DNA from: an uncultured Chlamydiae bacterium | Lineage (GTDB): Bacteria > Chlamydiota > Chlamydiia > Chlamydiales > Parachlamydiaceae | DNA length: 64,000 bases | Assembly: GCA_963754655.1 (NCBI GenBank) | Contig: CAVWGN010000001.1 | Span: 2,944,001-3,008,000, forward strand | Reading direction: 5' to 3' | In this document: in pieces, positions 38,082-46,998 of the stretch | How positions within the stretch are numbered: position 1 is the stretch's first letter | How the letters are laid out: the number at the start of each line of letters is the position of its first letter | Program-made: the position numbers and the translations under genes | The notes under the pieces: model-generated | What the model was told of the DNA's origin: nothing | The model's database searches: none | What the model saw: the letters and a program-made list of their open reading frames with translations, nothing else

Positions 38082-38208
38082 AGGCATTTCGTTTTATCAA
38101 CTCGCGCCTCATTAAACAAACTATTGCAATAAAACATTCCCACAACCACCTCAACGTTAGTCACATAAAAATAAAATCCCCATAAATTAAATTTAATCTC
38201 TTTAAAAG

Positions 38209-38237
38209 TTGATAAACAAGTTTAGTTAAACTATAAT
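38209..38237 (+). promoter_or_regulatory. Putative sigma66 promoter for cdsC
   Basis: TTGATA-N17-TATAAT about 130 nt upstream of the ATG. Confidence 0.6.
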
Positions 38238-38368
38238 TTCCTTTCTCTACCACAACTTTTTTTTGTGGAAATTTAAACCCGAGTTTGGAATAAAACAAAG
38301 CTCGATCCTACAGACAAGGAATAATCAGTCTTTTCAATTTTAAACGCGCAAAGATAAATAAAAGACTC

Positions 38369-41300
38369 ATGAAGATAGTGAAATTCTCTCATTGCCACCG
38401 GTTTCTCAAAGTTTGGCTGATAGCAATTGCTTGTCAAACAGGGCGACTCTTTTCCCAATTCGCCGGAAATGGCCCTCAAAATGGGCAGTGGCCGACTTAC
38501 TCTAGTAATGAATGGCAAAGTCCGCCCGATCCTCAGCCTTACAATGGGGCGAACTATTCGCAATCGGTTGGCAATGGTCCTCAAAATGGGCATTGGCCTT
38601 ACTCCAGTAATGAATGGCAAAGCCAAGCTGATAATCAGTTTTACGATACACCCACCTATCCTCAATCCTCTCCCAATGGCCCTCAAAATGGGCAGTGGCC
38701 TACTTACTCAAGTCATGAATGGCAAAGCCAGCCTGATTTTCAAATTTACGATGCATCAAGCGATTTCCCATCGGCTGATAATGGCCCTCAGACTGATCAA
38801 ATGCAAGCTGATTGGAATATACCGTCTGGTGAAATTATTGAGGATCCATTATCTGCTCCTAATAATTCAGCCTCGCCTTTTTGGAATCAGACTCTCTCAG
38901 GTTATTCTCAGCCTCCTGCAGAATTTGCTCCCTTTCCACCTTCACAGCCAACGGGAGTTGATAAGCAAAACTTTATCACTTTTGATCCCCTTCTCGAAGA
39001 GGCGCCTGATAAAGAGCAACATCCTTTAACAAAAGAAGGAGAAGCAACCGCTTACCATTTTGAAGGGACGTCCCCACTGTCTTCTGCTTCCAATCCAGAT
39101 CGAAAAGACAATAAGGAATCATTGAATGACGAACAAGATTTACTCTCTCCTAGTTTATCCCAAGGTAAAAGTCATATTAAAATTGTCAAAAAACGCGCTG
39201 AACCAGTCTCAACTGCTCGCCGCTTAGAAGAAGCCTTAAATCAACCGGAAGGAATCATAGGTAAACAAATTGTCAGCGAGCCTGTGGTGGGAGCAAAGGA
39301 AGATTCAAGCAAGTTAAAACCTCAAGCAAACAATCAGCGCTTAGATTCTGCTCCTTCTCATTTGAAAGAAGAATTAACTGAAACCATTGCGCACATCCCT
39401 TCTTCTAAAACAACGGAATCGAATGAGTGGGCGGATCAGACAGAGCCAACGGATAAAATCGAGCCCCCTTTTAAACCTCCTTCTTCTCCAACAGATCAAA
39501 CGCCTTCAAATGACCTCACTGCTCAATTGACGCCTTCACAGTTACCTCTCCCCATGCAGCCACGCCCTCCTACGGTGATTACACCCCATTCTTCAAGCTC
39601 TGATCTTTCGCAACCTACTACTCCGCCTGGGCAATCGCGAACTCTAAAAGAAATTTCAGTCAATTTTAATAATGTGGCCATGATTGAATACATTCGCTTC
39701 ATCAGCCGGATTTCCAATAAGAATTTTATTTTTGACGATCAAGACTTGCAATTTAATGTCACTATCGTTTCCGAAGAGCCTACGACAGTGGAAAATTTAA
39801 TGGCTGCTCTTTTGCAAGAACTCAAAATCCGCGATCTTTCTTTAATGGAGCAAGGGAACAACATTATTATTTATCGTAACCCTCGTGTTCGTGCCCCTGC
39901 GCGAATTGTGGGAGACGGTAACGACCTTATCTCTGCGCAAGATTTTGAACTTGTCACGCGTGTTTTTCGTCTCAATACTTTAGATCCAGTGAAAGCCAGT
40001 GAAATTATTCGCCCTCTGCTTTCTGAGGATGCTCTTATCGAAGTCTTGAGAGATACTAACAATCTCATCATCACCGATTTAGTCACAAACGTAAATAAAA
40101 TTTCTCAATTGATTGGGACATTGGATGCACCCAATAGCGGAGTCACCATTGGGCAGTATGTTGTACGTAATGCTTTTGTCGATTCTTTAGTTGATTTAGC
40201 AAATAAAATTTTACAGCCCATTGCCCAAGGCAATCCTTTTGTTCTCGTTCCTCACCCTGTTAGCAATAGCATTTTTATTGTGTCTAATTCCTTTATTGTA
40301 GAAAAAGCACTGGCGATCTTGCAAAATCTAGACATCAATGAAGGACGAACAAAAATTTTATCGCTCGAAACTCTGCAGCCTTCTTATCCTTCGCCAGCAG
40401 AAGCAAGAAGTGGAACAGAAGCCCGAGGTAGGCCAGAAGGCGTTGGCCCTAACGCTCCATTTGGCCCCGGGGCTATACCAGGAGGAATAAGACCAGGAGA
40501 AGGTCCAGGAGGCAGAGCAGGCGGATTTGGCCCAGGCGGTGCGGGTAGGTTCGGTCCCGAAGAAGGATTTGGCCCAGGCGGGCAATTTGGCAATCCCGAA
40601 GCTGTTCCGGAAAGTTTTCCTTTAGGCGGTATTAGCGCTGAAGGAGCCATTCGCGGTCAGCCTGTCTCTCCTTATCCATTCGGTCCCGGAGGCATTGGAG
40701 CAGAAGGCAGGCCAAGTGCCATATTTGATGAGAGTCGAAATTTCTTGCCAGGCGGTCTTGAAGCTGCCACGCGTTGGTCTCGAGAGCTTCCAGTGGGACA
40801 TATTGAGCGTACCCTCTTCTTTATTTACAAGTTACGCTACCGCAAAGGAGATAACATTGAAATTGCTCTGCGTAAAATTGGCAACAGCTTACAATTGATG
40901 GGAACAGCTAACGTAGATTTGATCTCTGCCATCAATAGCAGCCAATGGATTGAATCTTCCAATGCCCTTATTTTTACAGGAACAGCCACTGCTCTCGATA
41001 AAGTCAGAGAGCTCATCATGGAAATCGATGTCCCCTTGCGTCAAGTGTTCATTGAAATGCTCATTCTCAATACGACAATTACTGACTCTTTAGCTTTTAG
41101 TGTGGATTGGATTGATCGTTTTGGTGGCGGAACAACAACGGGTGAAGAGGGCTTTATTCAACCAACGGGTGCAGCAAGTTCGTCTAACTTTTTACGTACA
41201 GCTGAAAGCATTTTTCCGGCAACTTTTGATCCTACGACTGGAATCGCAACGCAAACTTCAACAGATGCTTTTGTCCCTGTTCCCGATCTACCAGTTGCAA

Positions 41301-42091
41301 GCGGATTTTTAAACTCCTTCGGATTTGCAGCGGGAGTGATTGGAACACACCTGACTCATAATGGGCTACGTTTTAACTCCATTGGCGCTTTGGTCAGAGC
41401 GCTTCATTCCAATAGCAAGCTGGATATTATCTTAAATCCAAAAATCATTACTGAAGACAATAATACAGCTGAGATTTTTGTAGGGGGAACTGATCGCTAT
41501 AAAACTCAGTCTATTGCCCAAGATTTTGGAAGTGTGGTCACGAATAATTTCCAATTCATTGATGTTGGAACTACTCTTCGCGTGACTCCTTTAATTGGCA
41601 ATAATGGCATTATCACCCTTGAAATCATTCAAGAAACTACTAGCCCTGCACCTGGTGCTAATGATCCAAGCCTTGCGAATAACCAGGATGTTAACCTCGT
41701 TCAAGTGTTGAACAAATCGCGCACGGTCACTAAAGTGCACGTGCCCAATGGCTTTTTTGTCGTGTTGAGCGGCTTGATTCAAGATCAGGAACTGCGCTCC
41801 TATAATCGCATTCCTTGCCTCGGCGGAATTCCCATTATTGGCTCAATAGGCAAACAGCAATCCAATAGTGATATGAAGATGAACTTAATGCTATTCATTC
41901 GTCCCATCATTATCGATACTGATGAAGATTATGAGGATGTGACCCGACGTCAACAAGATGTGTACCGTGAGAAGACGAAGTTTAGAAGATCATGGAACTA
42001 TGAAATTGATGAAGCCTTGAATTTTGGAAATATTAAATCGACAGACCCAGATGATATGAATTGTAGATGCAGCGACCGTAACAACCGATGA
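38369..42091 (+). CDS. cdsC: T3SS outer-membrane secretin CdsC/SctC with long N-terminal extension
   Basis: SVNFNNV...FISRIS-KNFI N0 domain, IDVPLRQVFIE, DVGTTLRVTP, IPCLGGIPIIG, LMLFIRPIII secretin motifs. Confidence 0.95.
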   Translation: MKIVKFSHCHRFLKVWLIAIACQTGRLFSQFAGNGPQNGQWPTYSSNEWQSPPDPQPYNGANYSQSVGNGPQNGHWPYSSNEWQSQADNQFYDTPTYPQSSPNGPQNGQWPTYSSHEWQSQPDFQIYDASSDFPSADNGPQTDQMQADWNIPSGEIIEDPLSAPNNSASPFWNQTLSGYSQPPAEFAPFPPSQPTGVDKQNFITFDPLLEEAPDKEQHPLTKEGEATAYHFEGTSPLSSASNPDRKDNKESLNDEQDLLSPSLSQGKSHIKIVKKRAEPVSTARRLEEALNQPEGIIGKQIVSEPVVGAKEDSSKLKPQANNQRLDSAPSHLKEELTETIAHIPSSKTTESNEWADQTEPTDKIEPPFKPPSSPTDQTPSNDLTAQLTPSQLPLPMQPRPPTVITPHSSSSDLSQPTTPPGQSRTLKEISVNFNNVAMIEYIRFISRISNKNFIFDDQDLQFNVTIVSEEPTTVENLMAALLQELKIRDLSLMEQGNNIIIYRNPRVRAPARIVGDGNDLISAQDFELVTRVFRLNTLDPVKASEIIRPLLSEDALIEVLRDTNNLIITDLVTNVNKISQLIGTLDAPNSGVTIGQYVVRNAFVDSLVDLANKILQPIAQGNPFVLVPHPVSNSIFIVSNSFIVEKALAILQNLDINEGRTKILSLETLQPSYPSPAEARSGTEARGRPEGVGPNAPFGPGAIPGGIRPGEGPGGRAGGFGPGGAGRFGPEEGFGPGGQFGNPEAVPESFPLGGISAEGAIRGQPVSPYPFGPGGIGAEGRPSAIFDESRNFLPGGLEAATRWSRELPVGHIERTLFFIYKLRYRKGDNIEIALRKIGNSLQLMGTANVDLISAINSSQWIESSNALIFTGTATALDKVRELIMEIDVPLRQVFIEMLILNTTITDSLAFSVDWIDRFGGGTTTGEEGFIQPTGAASSSNFLRTAESIFPATFDPTTGIATQTSTDAFVPVPDLPVASGFLNSFGFAAGVIGTHLTHNGLRFNSIGALVRALHSNSKLDIILNPKIITEDNNTAEIFVGGTDRYKTQSIAQDFGSVVTNNFQFIDVGTTLRVTPLIGNNGIITLEIIQETTSPAPGANDPSLANNQDVNLVQVLNKSRTVTKVHVPNGFFVVLSGLIQDQELRSYNRIPCLGGIPIIGSIGKQQSNSDMKMNLMLFIRPIIIDTDEDYEDVTRRQQDVYREKTKFRRSWNYEIDEALNFGNIKSTDPDDMNCRCSDRNNR
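38468..38800 (+). repeat. Coding tandem repeat in cdsC (3 full and 1 partial unit, 102-105 bp)
   Basis: AATGG(C/T)CCTCA at 38468, 38573, 38675 and 38780; peptide NGPQNG(Q/H)WP(T)YSS(N/H)EWQS. Confidence 0.9.
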
Positions 42092-43065
42092 GAATATTGA
42101 AGCATTACCCCAAGCCTTTTGTTTCCTTTGTTTTAATGGCAGGGCTGGCGCTAACGCAGGTTAGCTGTCAGCCTACCTGCCAGAAAATGGAACCTGTCAT
42201 CGTTTGCCAGCTTCCGACATCTCGTATCAATACTTTGCCTAGCGCCTTTCCCTCCCTTTCGCCTGCAGAACGCCAACAAGAATGGACCAAAGAACTCTTA
42301 ATGGGAGAGGTGTTTGCCAGAGAATGTGACTTTTATCGCGCCATTACCTGTTACAAACGCGCCTTAATTTTGCTTCCACCGTGTGAAAACGCGCGCCATT
42401 TGCAACTCGATTACGATCTTATCCTTTGCTACTACTTGGGAGGAAAATACCAAGAAGCCATTCATGTTTTTGAGGCTAGTGACTTAAGCCAAACAAATCC
42501 CGATTTCCCCGCTTTCAGTCATTTGCTCCTTATCATTTATGAAAGCTATTTGCAGATCAAACAAGAAGAAAAAGCAGAGTGCGTTTTAGAAATCATTCGG
42601 CAATTTTCGCCTGACACCGCTCAAGATTTATCGCTCTACCAAAGTCTCAAAAGTGGAGACATTGAAAGGTCTAGCGATTTAATTTCACAACATCGTGACG
42701 CTGAAGCTATGCAAATGGATTTTGCCTTTTATAACCAATTTGCTAAGTCTCCACAAAAAGCGCGTATGCTCAATGCCATATTACCAGGAGCGGGTTATTA
42801 TTATGTGGGACAACGACGCTCCGCCATGACCTCTTTTATTATCAATGCCCTCTTTACTGCTGCCGCTTATCAATTTTTTCGCAATGGATATCCAGCAGCG
42901 GGAGCAATTACGGCCAGCATAGAAACCGGCTGGTATTTGGGCGGAATTAATGGTGCAGGCATTGAAGCCCAAGAATTTAATACTCGCCTTTTTGAAGGCG
43001 TCAGCAAAAAGATTTTAATCGAACATCATTGTTTTCCGGTGTTGATGTTTGAAACCAGTTTTTAA
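42088..43065 (+). CDS. Putative lipoprotein with TPR region and C-terminal membrane segment
   Basis: Signal-like N-terminus ending VSC; TPR-like FYRAITCYKRA; NAILPGAGYYYVGQ hydrophobic motif; ATGA overlap with the cdsC stop. Confidence 0.65.
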   Translation: MRILKHYPKPFVSFVLMAGLALTQVSCQPTCQKMEPVIVCQLPTSRINTLPSAFPSLSPAERQQEWTKELLMGEVFARECDFYRAITCYKRALILLPPCENARHLQLDYDLILCYYLGGKYQEAIHVFEASDLSQTNPDFPAFSHLLLIIYESYLQIKQEEKAECVLEIIRQFSPDTAQDLSLYQSLKSGDIERSSDLISQHRDAEAMQMDFAFYNQFAKSPQKARMLNAILPGAGYYYVGQRRSAMTSFIINALFTAAAYQFFRNGYPAAGAITASIETGWYLGGINGAGIEAQEFNTRLFEGVSKKILIEHHCFPVLMFETSF

Positions 43066-43083
43066 ACAGACGATGGTCAAAGG

Positions 43084-43464
43084 ATGAACACTTTTTTAAA
43101 ATTGATTTCATTAGGAACATTGCTGTTCGTTTGCTCTTTACATGCTGACCCCTGGGGTAAAGATGCCGATCTTGTGCATTTCTCCTGTCCACCCTGTCAG
43201 ACAGAGCCTTCGTCTCTTTTAGCTCGCTGGGGCATCAAGGCCATTCGCTTTCATCAAGAGGTCATTTCACCGGCTGACGGTCCTCGCAGCCATTATATTC
43301 CCAGTAGCTCCCAATACACATTAGATGCCATGCGCAAATACGGTTTTTTTAAAGGTTTTACTCTGGGGTGCGATCGCCTAATGCGTGAAAATGAAGAAGA
43401 ATGGGTTTATCGCAAAACATGCGATGCTGCTGGCAGGCCAATGAAATGGGATCCGGTGCGCTAA
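43084..43464 (+). CDS. yidD: Membrane protein insertion efficiency factor YidD-like
   Basis: IRFHQEVISPADG...YIPSSSQY...KYGFFKG...CDRLMR, the YidD/haemolytic-domain pattern. Confidence 0.75.
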   Translation: MNTFLKLISLGTLLFVCSLHADPWGKDADLVHFSCPPCQTEPSSLLARWGIKAIRFHQEVISPADGPRSHYIPSSSQYTLDAMRKYGFFKGFTLGCDRLMRENEEEWVYRKTCDAAGRPMKWDPVR

Positions 43465-43567
43465 CAACAAGATAAAAGAGATCAATCAGCCCCATTTTAC
43501 TGACCATTGCTACTACTCTGTCACATGAGTTTTTGCCTCTTCGCCCACAATGTTCAACTTCCAACTA

Positions 43568-44851
43568 TCATGAGCCAAGAATGGATAACTGTTTTTCCTC
43601 AGAGAGAGATTGAGAAATCACCATAAAAGGATGTATTCTTGCCACTTGATTGATTCGCTCAACCGAATCAGATTGGAGCCTGTCAAGCACAATCTTGACG
43701 TATTTTTCTAACTTTCTCTCTATTCCTGTATTCTTCTCTGTTTCACTTCGCTGTTCATTTAATTTCTTTCGCATGTAAGAATCAAAAGATTCATTTTTAT
43801 ATAGAGCCTGCTGATACACTTCAAAATAACGCTTAAGGAATTTTAAATCTTGGGAGTCTTTGATCAGACCTGGGTTTAAAGCTATCCAAGGCAGTCTATT
43901 GGTACGAGGATTAAAAAATGGATTCCGCTTCATTTTCTGAAATAGATGCTCTTCTTTTGCTATTTGAGAAAGCTGGTTCAATGAAAAAATAGAACAGCTT
44001 CTATAATCTAATTGAATTTTGTCATCTTCTGATTCACCGGCTATGATGACGTTAAACCCCCGTATACGTAAATCTTTCTCAAGAATTTCATGCTTAGGAT
44101 CTTGAGAAGCATCTAAAATGATGCAGCTTTTTTCTGTTTGTTTATATTGGCAATCTAATGCCGTATAATGAACCTCATTTCGTACTAAAAGAAATAATCT
44201 TTTTTCTGGTATTTTTTGTTGATTAATTTGCCTTTCTACCAAGCTTAAAAAAGAGGGCAACTCTTTATAATCCAACACATAACAATCAAAATCTAATCCT
44301 TTGGTGTTCATTTTTTCTTTTATAACCTGTACCAATAAACGTAACATTTCATCGCGCTGAACAGGGATCCACTCAAATTGTTTGTCTACAATTTGTTGCA
44401 CGACAGAAGACATTTCTTGCTGAATAATATTTTCTACTGATTCGCTAAATAGGAGCTTGAGCAGGTTTAAAAAAAGAGGGTCTTCTTCCGCATCTAATTC
44501 AAAATGCTTAAGCCAAGCACTATATTTAGTATAAATCTCATAGAGAGAGTGTGCTTTAAAGTCTTCTTCAAGTGTTTCTAATTTTTCGCGATGATTCGTC
44601 TTTAAATTTTGCATTTGACTCAAGTAAATATGAATAATACTTTGCGCTTGGTTCTTCCAGTCTAAGGGAGAAGTCAAAGAATTTAATTTTTTAATAAATT
44701 TTTCCACTAATATAAGTTGAATCTTCGAAGAACAAACTAATAAAGATTTGTCTAATACGTTCCGAATTGATTTAGAAATAGAAGAAGATGCCTTAAATGG
44801 CAAAGATACATCAATTTGATTATTTAAAGGCAATAAGTTAATACATGTCAT
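43568..44851 (-). CDS. YopJ/CE-clan cysteine-protease-fold protein (candidate T3SS effector), paralog 1
   Basis: VHYTALD (His), ILDAS (Asp), IQLDYRSCSIFS (Gln, Cys); start at ATG 44851 with AAGGGAG RBS (the ORF-track start at 44881 lies in the repeat). Confidence 0.7.
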   Translation of the reverse strand: MTCINLLPLNNQIDVSLPFKASSSISKSIRNVLDKSLLVCSSKIQLILVEKFIKKLNSLTSPLDWKNQAQSIIHIYLSQMQNLKTNHREKLETLEEDFKAHSLYEIYTKYSAWLKHFELDAEEDPLFLNLLKLLFSESVENIIQQEMSSVVQQIVDKQFEWIPVQRDEMLRLLVQVIKEKMNTKGLDFDCYVLDYKELPSFLSLVERQINQQKIPEKRLFLLVRNEVHYTALDCQYKQTEKSCIILDASQDPKHEILEKDLRIRGFNVIIAGESEDDKIQLDYRSCSIFSLNQLSQIAKEEHLFQKMKRNPFFNPRTNRLPWIALNPGLIKDSQDLKFLKRYFEVYQQALYKNESFDSYMRKKLNEQRSETEKNTGIERKLEKYVKIVLDRLQSDSVERINQVARIHPFMVISQSLSEEKQLSILGS

Positions 44852-44876
44852 GTGATAAGACTCCCTTATTATTTTG

Positions 44877-45170
44877 GGCATGGTTCAATTGAAGGTAACA
44901 TTTTTATGCCGTCCTTTCAGGACTCGGTGTCTTTTGATAGAACCCAGGCCTCCGCTTCGCTGCGACCTGGGCTGTAATAGGCCGGCCTTTCAGGCTTAAC
45001 GAGAGATGTTTTAATCCCTCATCTATAGTCCCTAATAGTCTTTTTGTTAAGGCCCGAAGGGCCGTCATGTTACAGCCCAGGTCGCAGCGAAGCGGAGGCC
45101 TGGGTTCTATCAAAAAGACACCGAGTCCTGAAAGGACGGCATAAACATGTTACCTTCAATTGAACCATGG
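44877..45170. repeat. Single family-D REPIN-like palindrome
   Basis: Inverted arms of about 125 bp from CATGGTTCAATTGAAGGTAACAT to ATGTTACCTTCAATTGAACCATG around one spacer; same consensus as the 12.5, 50.8 and 61.1 kb copies. Confidence 0.9.
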
Positions 45171-45445
45171 CTTATTGTGTTTTGAATGACATAATATTAA
45201 CACAATTAAGGATTAAAATTCCAAATAGAATTTTTTTTATTAAATTTTTTAATATCGATGACTTAATCTAATTGATCCGTCCATTTACCAATAGTTCAAT
45301 GCCAAAATAAATTTAATATTTAAAAAAAATTAAGCAAAATTAAATCAATCTTTATCAAGAATTAAAACAATTATTCAATAATATTGTTTAAAACTTTATG
45401 ATATAAGATTGTAAATTTATTATTAATTTAAATTTAAGGATAAAA

Positions 45446-46780
45446 ATGACCAGTTATTCTATTAATTCTCATTGTCAATTAAGGCAATCAGCAGAAATTT
45501 TGAATGTCACTCGCCTTCAAACTACTCAAACTGAGGTAAATACATGTTTTATTAAGGCTGGTCAACCAGAAAACGACGTATTAGTGAAAATTACCCAACA
45601 AGCTTTTCAAAATTTATCTCTCGTAGATATTCAACCTTTAGACTCAACAGCGAACAAACTATGTACAGTACTGATAAGGAAAGCAAGTGAGGAATTAAAT
45701 CAATCACTAAGTGTTAAAACATTTAAAAATAGTTTAGAAATTTTACTAAATAATTTTTCAGATAGAATCACTGAGCCTACTAATGCCGCTTTTATTAAAG
45801 CTTTAAAACATGATTTAAAGCATAAAAATTTAACAGAAATTTTTAATAAGTATTACAATTATGCGACTTCTTCTCCTATAGAAAAAACTCTTTTATTTCA
45901 CTTTGCTCCTTACTTGGGCAATAAAGATAAAATTCAACTATTAGCTGAAAAAGAAGCTGAGTCGTTACCTGAAAAAATTCAATCTCACTTAGAATTTTTT
46001 GCTACAAACCGGGATGAATTAATGACTTTGCTTATCAAAAGAAAAAAGGACAAAAATCCCAAATTAAATTGCTATGTGATTGATATATGCGATCTTCCTA
46101 CCTGTGTAGAAGGCTTAAAAACATTATATCATTCTCTGCCTTCTGAAAAGTCTCAACGGATTCAATTGTTAGTCCGAAATGACGTCCATTATACAGGTGT
46201 TGATATCGACCTCTCAAAAAAAGAGACTCAAGTGGCCGTTATGGATGCTGCAGGAGATCCCAAATGCAAAGAGATTCTTTCTATATTAAAACAATTGGAC
46301 TGCCAGTTTATGTATGTTCTAGGGTTAGAAGATCACATTCAATTTGATAATTATAATTGTGGTTTTTTCTCGTTTGATTCGGTTTATCAATCTTCTCAAG
46401 ATCCCAATTTCTTTGATTTACTTAAAAAATTACCCGCTGAGAAAAAAGATCATTATTATAGTTTAGCTTGGCAAAACACGCCTCCGCGCTATGTAAGAAA
46501 CGCTACTTCACTTACCTTTATGAAAAAATACCATGAAAGTAATCCCCATAAAGATGAAATCTATAAAAATAATGAGACTTTTGCTTCTTTTGTCAATAAG
46601 CATATTGACAAAAGAAATATCAATGGAAATTTAAAAGATGCTCATACTGTTTTGGAAGACAAAGTCACCAAGCAAAAACCTAAAATCACATTGATGCTCA
46701 AGGAGTTATCTGCAAGAGATTTATATGACATCATTAATCATCATTCTGCACAGGCTTTGATTCAAGCGTGCCATAGCTAA
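45446..46780 (+). CDS. YopJ/CE-clan cysteine-protease-fold protein (candidate T3SS effector), paralog 2
   Basis: VHYTGVD (His), VMDAA (Asp), IQFDNYNCGFFS (Gln, Cys), WQNTPPRYVRN; AT-rich; S/T/N-rich N-terminus. Confidence 0.72.
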   Translation: MTSYSINSHCQLRQSAEILNVTRLQTTQTEVNTCFIKAGQPENDVLVKITQQAFQNLSLVDIQPLDSTANKLCTVLIRKASEELNQSLSVKTFKNSLEILLNNFSDRITEPTNAAFIKALKHDLKHKNLTEIFNKYYNYATSSPIEKTLLFHFAPYLGNKDKIQLLAEKEAESLPEKIQSHLEFFATNRDELMTLLIKRKKDKNPKLNCYVIDICDLPTCVEGLKTLYHSLPSEKSQRIQLLVRNDVHYTGVDIDLSKKETQVAVMDAAGDPKCKEILSILKQLDCQFMYVLGLEDHIQFDNYNCGFFSFDSVYQSSQDPNFFDLLKKLPAEKKDHYYSLAWQNTPPRYVRNATSLTFMKKYHESNPHKDEIYKNNETFASFVNKHIDKRNINGNLKDAHTVLEDKVTKQKPKITLMLKELSARDLYDIINHHSAQALIQACHS

Positions 46781-46859
46781 ATTCTACGTAATCACCTTAC
46801 GCAAACGAGGTCAAAGAATCAAATATCTCATAAATAACCAAATAGCTTGATGTGTTTAA

Positions 46860-46960
46860 TAGCCTGAAAGGCTTCAAATAAAAATAGCCCAGGACGATGT
46901 CCTGGGTTAGATTGGCCATCGTCATGTAATCTGAAGGACTACACGAGAATCATCTCATCC
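46860..46960. repeat. Degenerate family-B REP element
   Basis: AGCC-TGAAA-GGCT...TAGCCCAGGACGATGTCCTGGGTTAG...GTAATCTGAAGGACTAC...GAGAATCATCTCATCCC, matching the arms at 29692-29765 and 51766-51830. Confidence 0.8.
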
Positions 46961-46998
46961 CATACATGCGAAAAATTGTAAAAGATGTGAGATAGTTA

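Noticed and set aside
38427..39029. 200-aa repeat-containing ORF overlapping cdsC
   Set aside because: Alternate frame of the cdsC tandem repeat; the cdsC frame is continuous, so no frameshift is needed
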